Source: Antedon mediterranea
Taxonomy: Eukaryota > Animalia > Echinodermata
Direction of reading: 5' to 3'
Assembly: GCF_964355755.1 (NCBI RefSeq)
Contig: NC_092679.1
Span: forward strand, 4,556,201-4,620,200
DNA length: 64,000 nt
The position numbers and the translations under genes were made by a program. This document shows positions 39,281-53,515 of the stretch, one piece after another. Under the pieces are notes generated by a model. That model searched no databases. It worked only from the letters and a program-made list of their open reading frames with translations, and was not told the DNA's origin. Numbering within the stretch: the stretch's first letter is position 1; each line of letters starts with the position of its first letter.

Positions 39281-40599
39281 TTTATTCCCTTTGGAAACAC
39301 ATGGCTCACAAGCCTAACTTTACTAGTGTTTATTAGCCATGCAAATCTATAATGAATTGTATTTTTCAATAATCTTCCTTTGGATTTATAGTGTCTAACA
39401 TAACATATTTATATTAAAATTGTGTTTCAGTTTTTATTAGAAGAATTACAAGAAAGACATAACACTATAAAGCTGTAATTCAATTTTAAAACAAACTATA
39501 TACATTATATCTATTTAATAATATAATAATTGATATTACTTTTTACACTAAAAGAATTTATGATCAAATAGCAAAATATCCATACTGCAATCTAACAATT
39601 TCGATTTGCATTGCAAAAAATGAATAATTTAGACGAATAAGATTTGATACACTAGCGATTCGATATGCATGATAAAAAACATATCCCCAAGTGGTTTGTT
39701 AGGCTACATGTATGCTATGAATTTTGGAAACACGAATATTAAGAATTTGCTGATTCAAATCGAAGTTCAAAACAGTATAAAGAATAGTATTACATATTTC
39801 ATATTTAACTGGATGCAGATATTACGTATACAATTTCTTTAGAGAAAAGGGTAAAAATATAAAATTACTGTTCAGTTTTAAAAGTATAAGAAATAGTATT
39901 ACACATTAAACTGAACACAGATTTTGTAGATATATAAAAAGGTACACAATAATAAATGTGTAAAAATGAAATATCATTTATAATTAACACACTAACAAAT
40001 ACTATAGTTATAGATCAATAAAAAATAAAGTAAAATGAAAATTCTTCAACTTTTAGCAGATTTTATGTATTATGTTTGTTTTTTTGCTGTATTTTAACAA
40101 CAGTTAATTGTGATACTTTTGCGAAATATTCCTGTTCAACCTTTTACGTTATGTTGTAAGATTATAAATCAGTAAGTATAGTCTAATTCTATACATAACA
40201 GAACTTTTTTCAAAAATGTGTTGCAAGCCAGAGTAGAAAATACAAATCATTTCAACTGTTTATGAGATTGTTATTAAATGTTTAAATTTACTCCAATTCA
40301 TTTGCCAGACAATTACAGAAATGTATGTATGTTTAATAAAAGAGTAAAACGAAAGGCTTTATTTTTTGTTGTGTATCATTTTAACATTAGACCTTTGGTA
40401 GACATACAGGAGACTTTGGACTTTGTCCATTATTAATAAGACATTTTGAAAATTATTCTTCAAAGATAAATCATTTGAAAATTATGTCTGTATTTACTAA
40501 AAAAAAGAGACACATAATACAAGGTTTGAAAAAATGGAAACACAAATTGTACACATGATGAAAATAGTCGCAAGAAATGACTGTTATTACTGAGGTCAA

Positions 40600-41270
40600 G
40601 GTTAGGCCCTGTCTGAACTAAGCACTGGATTAACATAAGCCATATGTAAGGTCGTATTACAGTACTCCCTGACTAAACTAATCAGTGGATTATTAACATG
40701 ACATGAGCCACTTGCTTCACTATTAAGATCTTATCCGGACTAAACCTGAGACAACAATTCAAACATGGCATTCACATACAAGTACTGTAGCTACCAGACT
40801 CTGTGAATGGATGTATGCATGGATTAACATGAGCCACTTGTTATGCTACTGATAAGGTCTTTATTTAGACCTACCCTACATAAAAACTGGATTAACATAA
40901 GCCACTTGCTACATGCTACTTATAAGGTCTTATTGGGTCCTGTCTAAACTAATCACATGATTAGCATAAGCCAGCTTGTTTTAAAATGCTTAAAAAGTTT
41001 TATTGAATGCTTATAAGATATCAGTCTCACTAGCTTAACATAAGCCACTTACTGATCTATATATGAACCTGCATACAAACTAAGCACTGGATTAATATTT
41101 AAGCTACTTGTTACATGCAACTTTAAGGTATTATTGGGTGCTGTTTAAATTCATCACTTGATTAATATAAGTCACTTGCTAAGGTTTTGGTGGGTCTAAA
41201 CTAATATCTGGATTAACAAAAGCTACTTTCTATGCTATATTTTTATAAGGTTCTGTCTGAACAAAAGTAC
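40600..41270. repeat. Degenerate tandem repeat, about 60-80-bp unit
   Basis: Recurring ggattaacat.agccacttg..a.gctact..taaggtc. Confidence 0.75.
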
Positions 41271-42839
41271 TAGAAGAATGTTGAAGTAAAGAAGCAATGA
41301 TGTGTATTGTCTGAACTGACTTGGGCTGATAATTTTAGCAATTTTTTCCACGTTGTAGATTTCGTTATCTTATTATTTCATATTAGTTATTTTCAGCATT
41401 TTAGAGTTTCCAAAAACGAAAAAATAATGCTTATCAGATATGACAGGAAGATGTACATATTTCATTCTGTAGTATAGCTTAAGGCATATTGCTAAAAGAC
41501 AGCTAACAGGTGATAATATGCTATTCATCTGAAGATTTTTACAATGAAAAATGTACAATTTACATATAACAGCAACGGCCTCACATTAAACATAAACACT
41601 GTTTACATCGTAGTATAGCATCCTGTCTAATATTAATTGATCTAAAACTAATTTAGTCAATAATTTATATACCATTCGCAATGTGAAATATTATACAATA
41701 TTGGTTTTTAATCTGTAGCTTTTAAACACAATTCACTTCAGACAACTGGGAAATGTCACACATGTCTAATGCATTGCTGTACTGTATAGCTTTCTATCGC
41801 GACAGAATCTTGTGGGAAATAATTATGAATAGAGATATTTCATATGCATGGGCGTCAGAAAGGTATTTTAAGGGGTAGGAGAAAGAGGTTTTTAAAATAA
41901 GAATTGTTGCCAATATAAATATTTTTATGAAAAATAGTTTTAAATAACCTGTGAACTATCTAAAGAATGTTCCTAATAAATAAGTATCATGTTTTTCACA
42001 AAAACTATGCAACCAATTTCTGAAAATTCATGGAAAAAAATATTTGAACAGAATGATTTTTTAATTAAGCTAAGAATTTACTTCAACGAAACTACACCAG
42101 CACTGCATTTCACTTTCACCAAGATATTTTCTATCACATCAAACAGCACTACTTTTCACTTTCTCCAAGATATTTTTTATCACATCAAACCATTTACTTA
42201 AACCAAACTACACCTACCTACTTATCACTAAATTTCTCCAAGATATTTTTTATCACATCATATCATTTACTTCAACCTACCTACTACACAATTTAATTCT
42301 ACACACTTTCCACTTTCTTCAAAATATTTTCTATCACATCAACCAAACTACACACCAGCACTACTTCTCTCTTTCTCTTAAATGTCTTTCTAACATAGGA
42401 CAGTTTGCTTCATAATCAATTTTTTAACACCTCTAAGCTCTCAACGACGAAACGTCTAGAACGAGATGTGAAGAAGTCACTTTTAAGAGGCATGTATTCT
42501 CTGAAACGGTGTGAACATTCAATTTCTGCAATTAAATAAAATTCTAAACATCGATATGGTTGTTACTTTATTAGGTTATAAGGTTTCATTTAATCTTCAG
42601 GACATTGATTCTTATGCTTGGCTTGACAGCAATTGTGGCAGGAACAAGAGAAATCTTTCTTGCCTAGCTAAATACAGATTTTAAGATAATTATTATACTT
42701 GGTAACAAAATCATAAAATTCCAACATTGTGGTATATCATATCATATGCTGCCCAAGTCCAACCGAACCAACATTTTTGAAAACCTAGGATAGACTTTCT
42801 TTGGCCAATGAGAAATAAAAACCATTTCTAATCAACTTT

Positions 42840-42999
42840 AGCTATGTCTACACTATCAAACTACAGTAGTTTCACAACAAATTTGTAATGTGCCCAAATA
42901 TGGCAGTGATATACATAAATATGGTCGTAATATGACATCATCATGTCCATATATGGGCACATCACATGTCACATAAAGTTTGATATTGTAGACAAAGCT
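42840..42999. mobile_element. PIF/Harbinger-type MITE (family A)
   Basis: Full TIRs. Carries a 5-bp CAGTA insertion at 42864-42868. Confidence 0.8.
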
Positions 43000-45523
43000 T
43001 TAAACCTCTTCAATGAATGTTTTTATATAGTATTTTAAATTGCATACTCTACATTCAGTGAGTTTTCTATAGCACCATCTATCTTTATTTAAGATTTTGG
43101 CCCAGTAGTATTTAAAGAATCAATCATAAACCATTTTGAGTTGGCGAGTGGAAAGTTTACATGTAAGTAAACACTTATTATTCAATAGTTTCCTGAAATA
43201 CATGTTTGAGATTTTACTGCATGTTTCAAATACAGTGAAAAATTTCATACATGACCCTAATACATATAGTCACCAATATTTAAAGCATGCAGGTTTGGTT
43301 GGCGAAGATATTGGTATTAGTATTTCGCTGAATTTGTCATAGATACCTTTTGAATGTGTATCTAACCTTTTCGATAATGGATATGTTAGACCACAAGTCA
43401 ACAGGCAAAAACACAGATGGCTGCGATGTGGTGGACGACATGAAGACAAACTGACGAAGCCTTGATAAATATTAAAGGTAACTTTTCTTTTAAAATAAAA
43501 AAAAATGTTGATAAATAAATTAGAATTTCAACGATAACTTTATTTTGAATAGCACAGCAGCAGTACAAACAGTAGTGAGCGAGTCATAATATAAAACCAA
43601 ACAAAGTAAAAAATCACTAAAAAACAATATCAAAAGTACTACTTCTCTTGCTGTGTTTCTCTTTGTGTCGTTTTGGATTTTGCCCCTTTCTTTGTCAATT
43701 TTATGTGTTTTACTTTTAAATTTTATACAATTTAAAAAGTTATCATGTAAAAATCAATCACAATTCAGTTTTACTGTGAAGATTATTTGTAATAAATATA
43801 CCATTAAAAGGAAGAAAGAAATAAGGCATTAAAAGAACAAACCAAAACAAACAACAAGAAAACTGAAAAACTGTGGTATGTTCTGGATACTTTAAATTTG
43901 TAATAGTACAACAATGTTTTTAGTTCTGTTCAGTGAACTTGGAAGGCAAGACGGCATGAGATCTAGCTGGCTCTTGCAATTGACAAACAGCTGATAACTA
44001 TCAATGACGTGGCTACAATCCTGATATTAATTTTGATAGAAGCTAAAATTGTAATACGTCTGGATATGGATTCCTCGCATAGCAGGATTCCCAGATGTTA
44101 CAAGTGATGACCCATTTAAAATATTAATTGAAAAAAAGAGTTTATAAAAACATACTTTATACAGATGTTATGCAACTTTGACAAACAATTAGATAAAGCA
44201 TACTATGGATCAAAAATTTACCCTCTTCTGATTGGTCGTAAGAACTTTACATGACTAAAGAATTGTCCGTGTTTGACTTTCCATTGGAATACTATTTGTA
44301 CAATGACATCACTTTAGCAACACCTCTTTACAAACAGTAAACGTTTTTTTAAAATGACGTCAAAAACTTCCTCCAAGTTATAATCCAGCAATCTAGGTAT
44401 AAAGGTCAAGAGTCAGCTTCTGACAGTAATAAATACAAACAAAGAGTTGAAAGAGATCTAAAACAATTTTTTAAACATTTTAATTTAAAAAAATATTTTT
44501 TTCACTGAAGAAAAAAATGTTTGAATAAACTTTGACCTTTAGCATAATATTCCTTGTCATGTGATAGTACCCTAGTCAATTTGCTGCGTTTATTTTTCGT
44601 AAAACATATTACTTGCTTATGTATCAAAACTACATTTACATTGCTCAACTTTGTTATTCTAAGTTCACTAAACCACACATTGGCGTCATCTAAAAATTAC
44701 TTCAGACCACAGAAAATGAGGTTCGTTTCTGATGATGACGTCAAAGGACATGTACTTTTTATATTCAGGAGATATTTTCTATTTTCATTCAAGAATTAAA
44801 GGGATTCAAAGTATAATAAGTATAATATTAATTCAGGCTTATGCACATAATAATAATTCCAATCCTTGGCAGACTCCACTTACTTAGATGACATTTTGTT
44901 GGGTCCTAAAGGTTTCCCCTTAATAGGGATTTGTTTGTATTTTTATTAAACTGTGATTGTTATGATGTATGAATTTTGCATAACTTTTTTTTATATAATT
45001 GATTATAGTTAGGACATCTGCATATTAAGCAGAAGTCCGGGTTCGAGTCTCGGTTGGGGAGACTTTTTCTCATTCTTACAGATTTCCTCATCTTTATCGT
45101 TTCAAATTAATTAATTAAATTTCAGTATATCACCAGGCGGTTTAGAATTAATGTTATGTGACTGATGTGTGTTTTTATATATATATATATATATATATAA
45201 ATTATTAAATGAAGAAATTAAATGTTCTCTAAATGAGAATGGAAAATGAATATTATGCTGAGATAATATCAAATTTTTTTTTGACGTGCGTGACAAGATA
45301 TTGTACATCGTATAGTAATAAATTAATGGTATCGTACAATAATCTTTTCTATTTCATTGTCATTTTAAACTTTGGATCGATATTTTGAAGAAAAAAGAAA
45401 GATTCTTCACAATAGATGATTACTGTAGATTAAATTGAAATAAATGGTTATTGCAAACAATTATGAATAGATTGAAATTTCTTTCTTCTTTATTGAATAT
45501 TAATCAATCCAAAAAAAAAAAGA

Positions 45524-45633
45524 ACAAGGCCAACAGCCATAAGTCGCGTGCTAAAACGCATAGTGATACTGGACCGACAGACAGACCGACCGACCGACAT
45601 AATGAACTATAAAGTCGCGTCCACGCGATTAAA
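45524..45633 (-). mobile_element. Short copy of the Helentron/DINE-like family at 3312-4102
   Basis: Same termini (acaaggccaacagccat..agtcgcgtgcta and agtcgc..cacgcga) with a single microsatellite block. Confidence 0.75.
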
Positions 45634-47848
45634 ACACAGTAACTGTTGTATTCTTGTTCATTTTACATCATGTATTCAGAAACTATACACGATTTCCAAA
45701 TTACAATTTGCAAAAACTAAAAGAATTTTTAAAATGCACATTATGCTTAAAACAACTATTCAATTCCTAAAGAATCGTCAGTCCTATATTTTTTAATGTT
45801 TTTTGTTGTTGAATAGGAGATTCTAAAAGTTCAATTGAGGTTTAACCAAACATTTGTTTCTGATTAAATATAAACATTTATATTGTCTGTTTATAAATTT
45901 TAATTTTTTTTTCTGTAGAAGCGAATAAAAGTTGGCTCAAGTCAAAGTTTTATTTTATTTTTGTTTTTTGTTGTTGAATAGGAGATTCTAAAAGTTTAAT
46001 TGATGTTTATTAAAAAATTTTTCTGATTAAATATAAACATTTTATGTTGTCTGTATATAAAGCTTAATTTTTTTGGCTGTGGAAGCAAATAACAAGATGG
46101 CCTAGTCAAAGTTGATTTTATTCATCTAAATTTGTTCAGGTTTTGGGGATTTAGGTCAGGATTAGCCATTTAATTAAAACCTTATCAAAAACATAGCATA
46201 GACACATTTAAGACCATAAACTAATAGCTTAGTATTAGCCCTAATGAAGGTACTTGACACCAGGCTTTCGCTTATTTAATGATACATAACAGTTTTCTGA
46301 TACGCAGTTGTTATCATGTTCAATTAAAGGTTTTACGCTCTTAGCGCACAAACATGCACTTGATTATGTTCTCGTACTTAGTGCCGGACAGCCCTGCCAA
46401 TGAATTTGATTAAAGCCTTGAGGGAGTACCAACAGGGATTCTTGCAGAAGGGCAAACATATCACTTAACACTATCCAAACACTAAAGATACTCAGGCAGC
46501 AAACCCAGCCAGAGATGCATATAGGTTCCATGCTAATTGAATCACATACCAGTCATTTTACATGTCTTAATTGATTTACTGGTGCTACTGAAAATGACCA
46601 AAATAAACAGTATATTACTTTAAAAATTATAAAAGTGACCAAAATGTTAGGGTTTTGTTCCGCGACACAGTTTTTGCGGATTCTAGGTCCAGGTGATGAC
46701 CGATGACGCACTATGCATAGTTTCTAGGTCATAGGTCATCAAAAATCAAAAGCTCTCTATCAATGAGAGGCTTTGAACACACGACCTCGGCCACCACACT
46801 TGTTATAATCACCAAGCTGCATTTCCCTTATTTTCACTTACAAGCTCAATTTTCTGTTAAAATATACATATACATATTTCATATTTGTGTATAAAATTTA
46901 AATGAGCTAATACTTCACAGTAGAATCGATATTTCGTTTTGAGTTGTAAGTAGCCGAAAGAATGCCATTTTAAATAGTCATGTGATTCTTTCGAAAGGTT
47001 AAAGATGACATCATAAATATGTACTCATGACCAAAATACATCTGTAATTTAAAACAGTTAATCCACAAAATATAATGCAAAAATATTATTATTATTATAA
47101 CTGACATATGGGTATAACTTTATTGTTTTGATTGGCTTAATACATTTCTCCATTGAGATCTAGCCATTGAACATGAGATATCCAGTTTTGGTTTTTTTTG
47201 GCTAGAAAATTTGGTTTTTGATTGGTATAATAGATAATTACTATACATGAAGGAGGATCATTTTTATCAAAAGCAAAACTGTAAAAATGTACTGTATGAA
47301 TACCATTTCTTTGAATTCTTTTAGTTTATGTAAACATGGGCATAATTCTATAATACACAGTCAATATTATGACATAAATTGTTGCCTATAATTTCTATGG
47401 TTTAATTGTAACATGTGAGGCTGTATCGCAGAGTTTACCTAAGATACAGTATTCTATCTATATTCATCATAACTTTACTTATTTATGTAGAACATCATTA
47501 TAAAAACAGAATATTATTCCAAGTACAGTACAGCAATAAATATTGATGACTTAATATGCAAAGGAATAATGAACCAAGAATTGAAAGGTATGTTTAAATT
47601 TAATATCTGCCTTCAGGTGAGTGCAACAAATGTATTCAAATAAAATCATGCGATAGAATCAGATATTATCTATTGAACTGATATGGTTTTGTTTATTACA
47701 GTATAGTACATACAGCACTTTATGTTATGTTATGTTATTTATTTATTATTCAACATTTTTTGTTTTGTTTTTGACGTTATCAAATTTTTATTTTCTTTTA
47801 AGTTCTGTTATTTATTTGTTAATTTTGTAGCTTAAGTTAGTTAAGATA

Positions 47849-47937
47849 AAAGGTACCAAGCTTGATTAGCTTCGGCTATACCTTGGCTACCTTTTGTATT
47901 AAATTGTTTTTTTGTTTGATACAATAAAGAAGAAGAA
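47849..47937 (+). mobile_element. LINE 3'-terminal stem-loop and tail fragment
   Basis: aaaggtaccaag..tagc-ttcg-gcta..cttggctaccttt hairpin, then aataaa and (aag)n. Similar 3' ends at about 29215-29354 (gatt tail), 48472-48548 and, inverted, 37371-37426. Confidence 0.55.
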
Positions 47938-48029
47938 AATATCTTAAAAAATTCTATATTTTAAAAAATACACTTTATGTGGTGATGATAGCTTCTGCAA
48001 CTACACCAAATACTGTAATGGATCACAGG

Positions 48030-48356
48030 AAAATTGCTACTACACCAAATTGGACAAATGCTCAAGGTAAAAGAACCTTCAAATACAGAGAAACACAAAT
48101 ATGGAATCTTTTACCAACTGAAACTAGAACAAAAGTAACTGGGAAAAATATTTATAAACTAAAAAATATAGCAACTCTACTGTCATCTAAGTGATCCTAC
48201 ATTTTTTTTTTTAAACTGTTCTGTATATATTTTTTAAATTAGGCATACTATGCTTTTATTTTTCTGTATTTTTATATGTTATAATTTTTCTTTACTTTTA
48301 TTATTAAACTTGTAACTGGACCATTTTGGAGAGCAGTACTGCATAGAATAAATAAA
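48030..48356 (+). mobile_element. L2/CR1-group LINE 3' end
   Basis: TPNWTNAQGKRTFKYRETQIWNLLPTETRTK matches the G.RTF.Y.G..WN.LP C-terminal motif, followed by a T-rich UTR and aataaataaa. Confidence 0.75.
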
Positions 48357-49829
48357 ATACTGTATCACAACACCGGTTGAATGCAATCATGTTTTAAAAA
48401 TATATAATTCAAAGATAGTATCACATGATTATTAATGTAATTTATCTTTTTTTATGTGTTTTATTGGAATTTTAGAGGCCCTTGAATATCAACTGGTATT
48501 ATAATTAAATTGTCCAGCTGGAAGGGTTACCCTCTATAAATAAAGTTAAAATAACAAGAAATAAATGTGAAGACGACGTTTCATTTATGTTTTATAGTTT
48601 TTGTTGCTGCATTGAAAATTAATATCTAAACTAAACAAATTTATTTTCATTATATTTTTTTCGTCTTGTATATGTGTGTAGTGGTGTGTAATTGAAATTG
48701 TGATAGGTTTTGCAACTACACCAACTTCCGATTTTTTTCAGAAAAATGATGTTCGTTTCTTCTGTATTGCTTCATAAGTTGTGTGTAGCATTGTGTAATT
48801 TAAAAATTCCCTATTCTTAATTCTTATAACGATGAACTTCTTTAACAAATGGATTTTAAACATGCATCCATTGGGAGACCATTGTACGTGCACTAACCGT
48901 ACACATCAAATTATCTTAATAAAAAAAAACACAATACTTGAGAAAAACAATTATAAGAAAAATAATTGTTATCCAACCCCAAGATGAAACTGGAACAGAA
49001 ATGATAAACTTTTGAACTTGTCATGTATATTTTATAATGCCATTTCATTCACGAATATTTAAATCGAGAATGAACTTTAAGTAGAAACATTTGAAATAAA
49101 TATCGCAATATGTTCGCCCGCTCAAGCAATTTGCTCTTTGTTTACACAAAGTACAATGTACGATGATAAAACAAATATTGCATTAAAAGTTTATTACTAG
49201 AACTGTTTAATAAACAGAGGTTTATTGTACACACATATCATATTCATTAGAATAAAAGCCTTGAGCACTTATTGTTTGGGAGGGTTTTGAGAAGGGTGTT
49301 TAAACATTCAAGAGGCGATTATTCAAGAGGCGCATATTTAGGGAGGCATTTAATTTTTGGGGTGTAATATGTAACATGTATAATAAAATAAATTTAAAAA
49401 ATACAACACAATTAATATCAAGAAGTGATAAAATACAGTAAAAATTGTATCAAAATGCTTGGTAAATTTACAAAAAGGACCCATTGACAAAGCGAATCAC
49501 TCGACAGACAGAACAGATAGACAAGTATCAAATATATGGATAATGTTAAATAGGATGGGGAAATGGACAGGCAGGACCAACTGACAAACAGGACCAACCG
49601 ACAGACAAGACAATAAAATACATAGGTAGACAAGTGTAATACAGTACACCGAATATGCAACTTAGTAGTAAATGTTATGCATCAATAAACATCAATTCTT
49701 AGATGTGAGAAAGGGTTAAGTCTATAGTAGGTCTTTCACATACAAAAGTTACCTACCTCATAACAATCAGGGAGAATTCCTTGTAATTTTCGTTGGTGTT
49801 GAATTCATACAAATGTAACCTTGTGTAGG

Positions 49830-49980
49830 CCGGACAGATGGCGGGGAAGATAATAAGCTATCTTCCCCGCCAACAGACTGACTGACGAAGACAGTACTTT
49901 GTCCAGGGACAAGATGGCACTCGTAGGTTTCAAACTTGTGCCCTATCGCACATGACTTTGATACCTTACCATCAATCAAG
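49830..49980 (-). mobile_element. Degenerate tRNA-derived SINE with perfect 14-bp hairpin
   Basis: Minus strand has a B-box-like agtttgaaacc, then ttgtccctggacaaagtact. Hairpin tggcggggaagata-ataagc-tatcttccccgcca at 49839-49872. Confidence 0.55.
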
Positions 49981-50175
49981 TCACCGTACTCTAAGGCTGC
50001 TACCCGCACGCTAGGACGATAACGATCCACGGTAATTAGATAATCTTTTATTTTTCTTTTAGATTTCTTTGGTTTTATGTAGCAAAAATGCACCTTTATC
50101 TATTTATTTTTGGTCGCTACTGGCTCTGAAAAAAACTACAAAGCATCCTGTATTTAATAAAACATCCAATCTTAC

Positions 50176-50359
50176 CGGTATTGACAAATTCTCTGCCAGA
50201 TTCTTAAGGATTGCTGCCTCTTTAGCTAGAAGGTTGGTTCGTTTTAGAAAGTTGCCCTGAAGTCGGATGTCAAACTCTTTCCTAACAAGAGATGCCACTG
50301 AATCAAGGATGATCAACTTGATACCTTTCGTTATCACCTCGTACTCAAATGTTTCAAGT
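50176..50359 (-). CDS. RAD51B: RAD51 paralog B, internal coding exon with Walker B (equivalent to human exon 7)
   Basis: Acceptor ...tttttttag| then (R)LETFEYEVITKGIKLIILDSVASLVRKEFDIRLQGNFLKRTNLLAKEAAILKNLAENLSIP, donor |gtaag. 184 nt, phase 2 to 0. LIILDSVASLVRKEF is the RAD51B Walker B region. Confidence 0.95.
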
Positions 50360-52377
50360 CTAAAAAAATTATGATACATTTGATTTTATTTATACATGTT
50401 TGACAATGACAAAATGAAGAAAATAAAAATTGTAAGCTATTCGGGTGTGTTTCTAAAATACTGTTTGTTTTAAAACGAGGATTCAAATTAAATTAATTTG
50501 TCATTTGAATATACAATGAAATAGTATTAGCTTGGTGAATAATTGATAAATAATTGAATTATGAGTGAAACATATTTGGATATTTCAAGCCATTATGGTT
50601 TGATGGGACTGCCGACTCTTGTAGTTACAGTAATCGTATTACTTTAGCAGTCCCTAGGCCTAGTGTGTAAACATTATTGACATAATTTCATAAACATCTT
50701 CATGTCGTACAACTACTCGTAACATTTTTTCTCAACTTTCTATCATCTAAAAGTCGTAGTTAGTCATGCCTCGGGTCACATTCTATGGTCACCGTACAGG
50801 TAGGCTACTACATTAGTACTTCTATGAATGGATGACTAGCCGGTGACAATAACGCTAGTTGGCCATACCCAGTACCGTTTTAATTTTACGATCATTCGGG
50901 AAACCACCTTACGACGATTCATCTTTTTACATTGTATATTATGTTTTGTTGGTCAAATAAATAAATGAAATGAAATGGCAGACGGAAGCTCTCAGTCTGG
51001 TGAGATGTGTGTGGTGTTCTGTAATGTTGACCAGTATGAGATCCAAATGACAAATTTCCGGGATAAAAATTGATTTGGTTAGACTATGGGTTGGTAATGG
51101 ATCTTTTGAGGGTGGAAAACATTAAAATAAATAGCCCTTATTTTCTATGCAGAAAATATTAAATATTTTATGATCTGATTATTATTATTGAATATTACCC
51201 TTTTTCCAGTTTTATTATTATAATTATTATAAATTAATGGAAATTTATGTAAATAATAGGTTCACTTTATGTTATAATATAATTACTTTGTATCTGAGGT
51301 TTTACATCTTTTCAAATTCATTACAGACTCTGTGAGAAGTCTAAATCCCCTGGGCAGTTTATTATTTTATGACTAGGTATTTTTAGGTTCTTTGATGAAA
51401 TAGTAATTAGTAATAGGTATCAACATTAACATGGTACAGTGGATATTATGATAAAAATAATTCACGCTTGACAGCGTAAACATCCATCAAATGAAATTGA
51501 CAATATGAAAATAATGTTCATATAGAAAGGATAGATTCAAGATACCATATCATTACTTTTATTTATTTATATTTGTATTCAAATATTTTAAAATAATTAA
51601 AAACTTTTCCGAAATCCCAACATTAGAAACGAGGTGTGTGCCTTTTGTAAAATGTATTATAGTAATATTTATTTTTCCATCACAAAAGTAACAAAAAACT
51701 CACACAACATAAACAACAATATAGGCAACCCACTATATAATTCAATTTGATATGTTATAGAACTTAAAACAAAAAAACTAAAGAGTACTAACAGTACCCT
51801 CCCACTCCCTCACATTGACACCCCAAAACAGCATCCCCTTAATAAACAGTTGGCTGTAGTGTCTGCCTCCTTGTTTATTTCAACGGAAAGTGTCCCCTTG
51901 TTATGAGTACCCAAAAGAGGTGTTTAATGTATAAAAGATGTATTGTCCCACAAACACATGAAAAATGAAGATTAAATAAATCAGACTTTTAATAGGTTAT
52001 TTTGAAGTTTTAATAGAGTAATTCTCTTCCATAGAAAAAAAAAATGTTTTAAAATGACGAAATAATTGGCTAATAAATTCAACCAAAAACCCATTGGCTG
52101 GCAGCCAATTTGACTATTTTTTGCGTGAATTTCAGTTTTTTTAGGTAATTTTTTCTTGATTCAATTTTTGGTCAAAGTGGATAACTATTATGTAAAAAAT
52201 TAAAATATTTTTTAATGTACTTTTTCAGGGGGACAATGCATCTTTAAATGAAAAAATGGATAGTATACTGTTAGAAAACTATTATTAGAAAAATACCAGC
52301 GATGAAAAAGACAATTTCTAATCTATTTATTAGGACTCGACCCAATGACAATTGGAATTTATATTATTGTAATCAGC

Positions 52378-52620
52378 TTTATTATTATTATTTTTTTATT
52401 ATATCAATATTTATAAAGCGTCAATTCAAAGACCGAGGTACAAAATCAAAGGCGCTGGGCATGTTAGTGGTCGAAAAAATGAGTTTTGAGCAATTTTTTT
52501 AATAAGGCAACAGAAGAGTAGTGTTTTATTTGTGGGGGGAGTGAATTCCAGAGTGTGGGTGCTGCAAAAGAAAACGATCTATGACCAAAGGTCGAAGTGT
52601 GCTATAGGCATTTTGGTATT
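52378..52620 (-). mobile_element. L2-type LINE 3' end
   Basis: Minus-strand STFGHRSFSFAAPTLWNSLPPQIKHYSSVALLKKLLKTHFFDH*, then cagcgccttt...gacgctttataaat and a (taa)n tail. Confidence 0.85.
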
Positions 52621-53200
52621 ACGGTAGTACATGTTTTATAGATACTAATAATTTTTTCCCTACCACAACGGGGATTGTTTGACTTACAAACAGCAGGCTA
52701 AGTTATTTTTAAGCGCACACTGGCAAATGATGTACACTGGACATACTACAGTCCTAGGTAGTAGAACACCTTTACAACATATAATTATCTCAATTATTAA
52801 ACTGCAAAATCAAGCGTTATATATTTATTCTTTCAGTTTTTAAATGATACTTTGATTTCAACTTGAACATTCTTCATTGTCTGTCCTTGACAAAATACGT
52901 CAAATTGGCAGGGAATGTCTAAAAAATCATATTGTAGTAGTAGTAGTTGTTCACAAAATTACAGCATTCATTTCGAAAAGAAGCTCAGTTAGCATTAAAG
53001 TAATCTTGAAAAGAAGCCCACCCAAGATTCCTTTTAAAAAATGAAGTCCATTTATGGTATACCCTTTAGACGTTCATGACCATGCACAATTCTAAATTTA
53101 ATTGTTTTCAAGCTATGTTAAAAAACGTCAACTACCATAAAATAATTAAAGTACTGGATAAAAATGGTAAGTAACATTAAATGGTTTGGTAGTAGTCTGA

Positions 53201-53515
53201 AGTTCTGTCTACAATATAAAACTAGTTTGACAAAAAAGATGTAAGGTGCCCAAATATGGTAATTGATATGTCCAAATATGGTAGTGATATGACATCATCA
53301 TGTCCATATATATCACACTTTTTAAAGTTTGATAGTGTAGACAATCAGAGCTTAAAACATAAAAGCATGTCAAACTAGTTTGACAAAAAAGATGTAAGGT
53401 GCTCAAATATGGTAATTGTATGTCCAAATATGGTAGTGATGACATCATCATGTTCATATATATCACACTTTTTAAAGTTTGATAGTGTAGACAATCAGAG
53501 CTTAAAACGTAAAAG
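53201..53515. mobile_element. Two tandem family A MITE copies produced by local duplication
   Basis: Copies at 53201-53352 and about 53371-53502 share private variants (gatgtaagg, acaatcagagct) and the same right flank (taaaac.taaaagca). Confidence 0.8.

Noticed and set aside
46238-46272. cctaatgaaggt..acc as a second hammerhead
   Set aside because: The core is mutated (CTAATGA) and GAAA is missing, so it is at most a dead remnant.
49767-50093. 108-aa minus-strand ORF next to the RAD51B exon
   Set aside because: It overlaps a degenerate SINE, starts at a non-ATG codon and has no protein motif.
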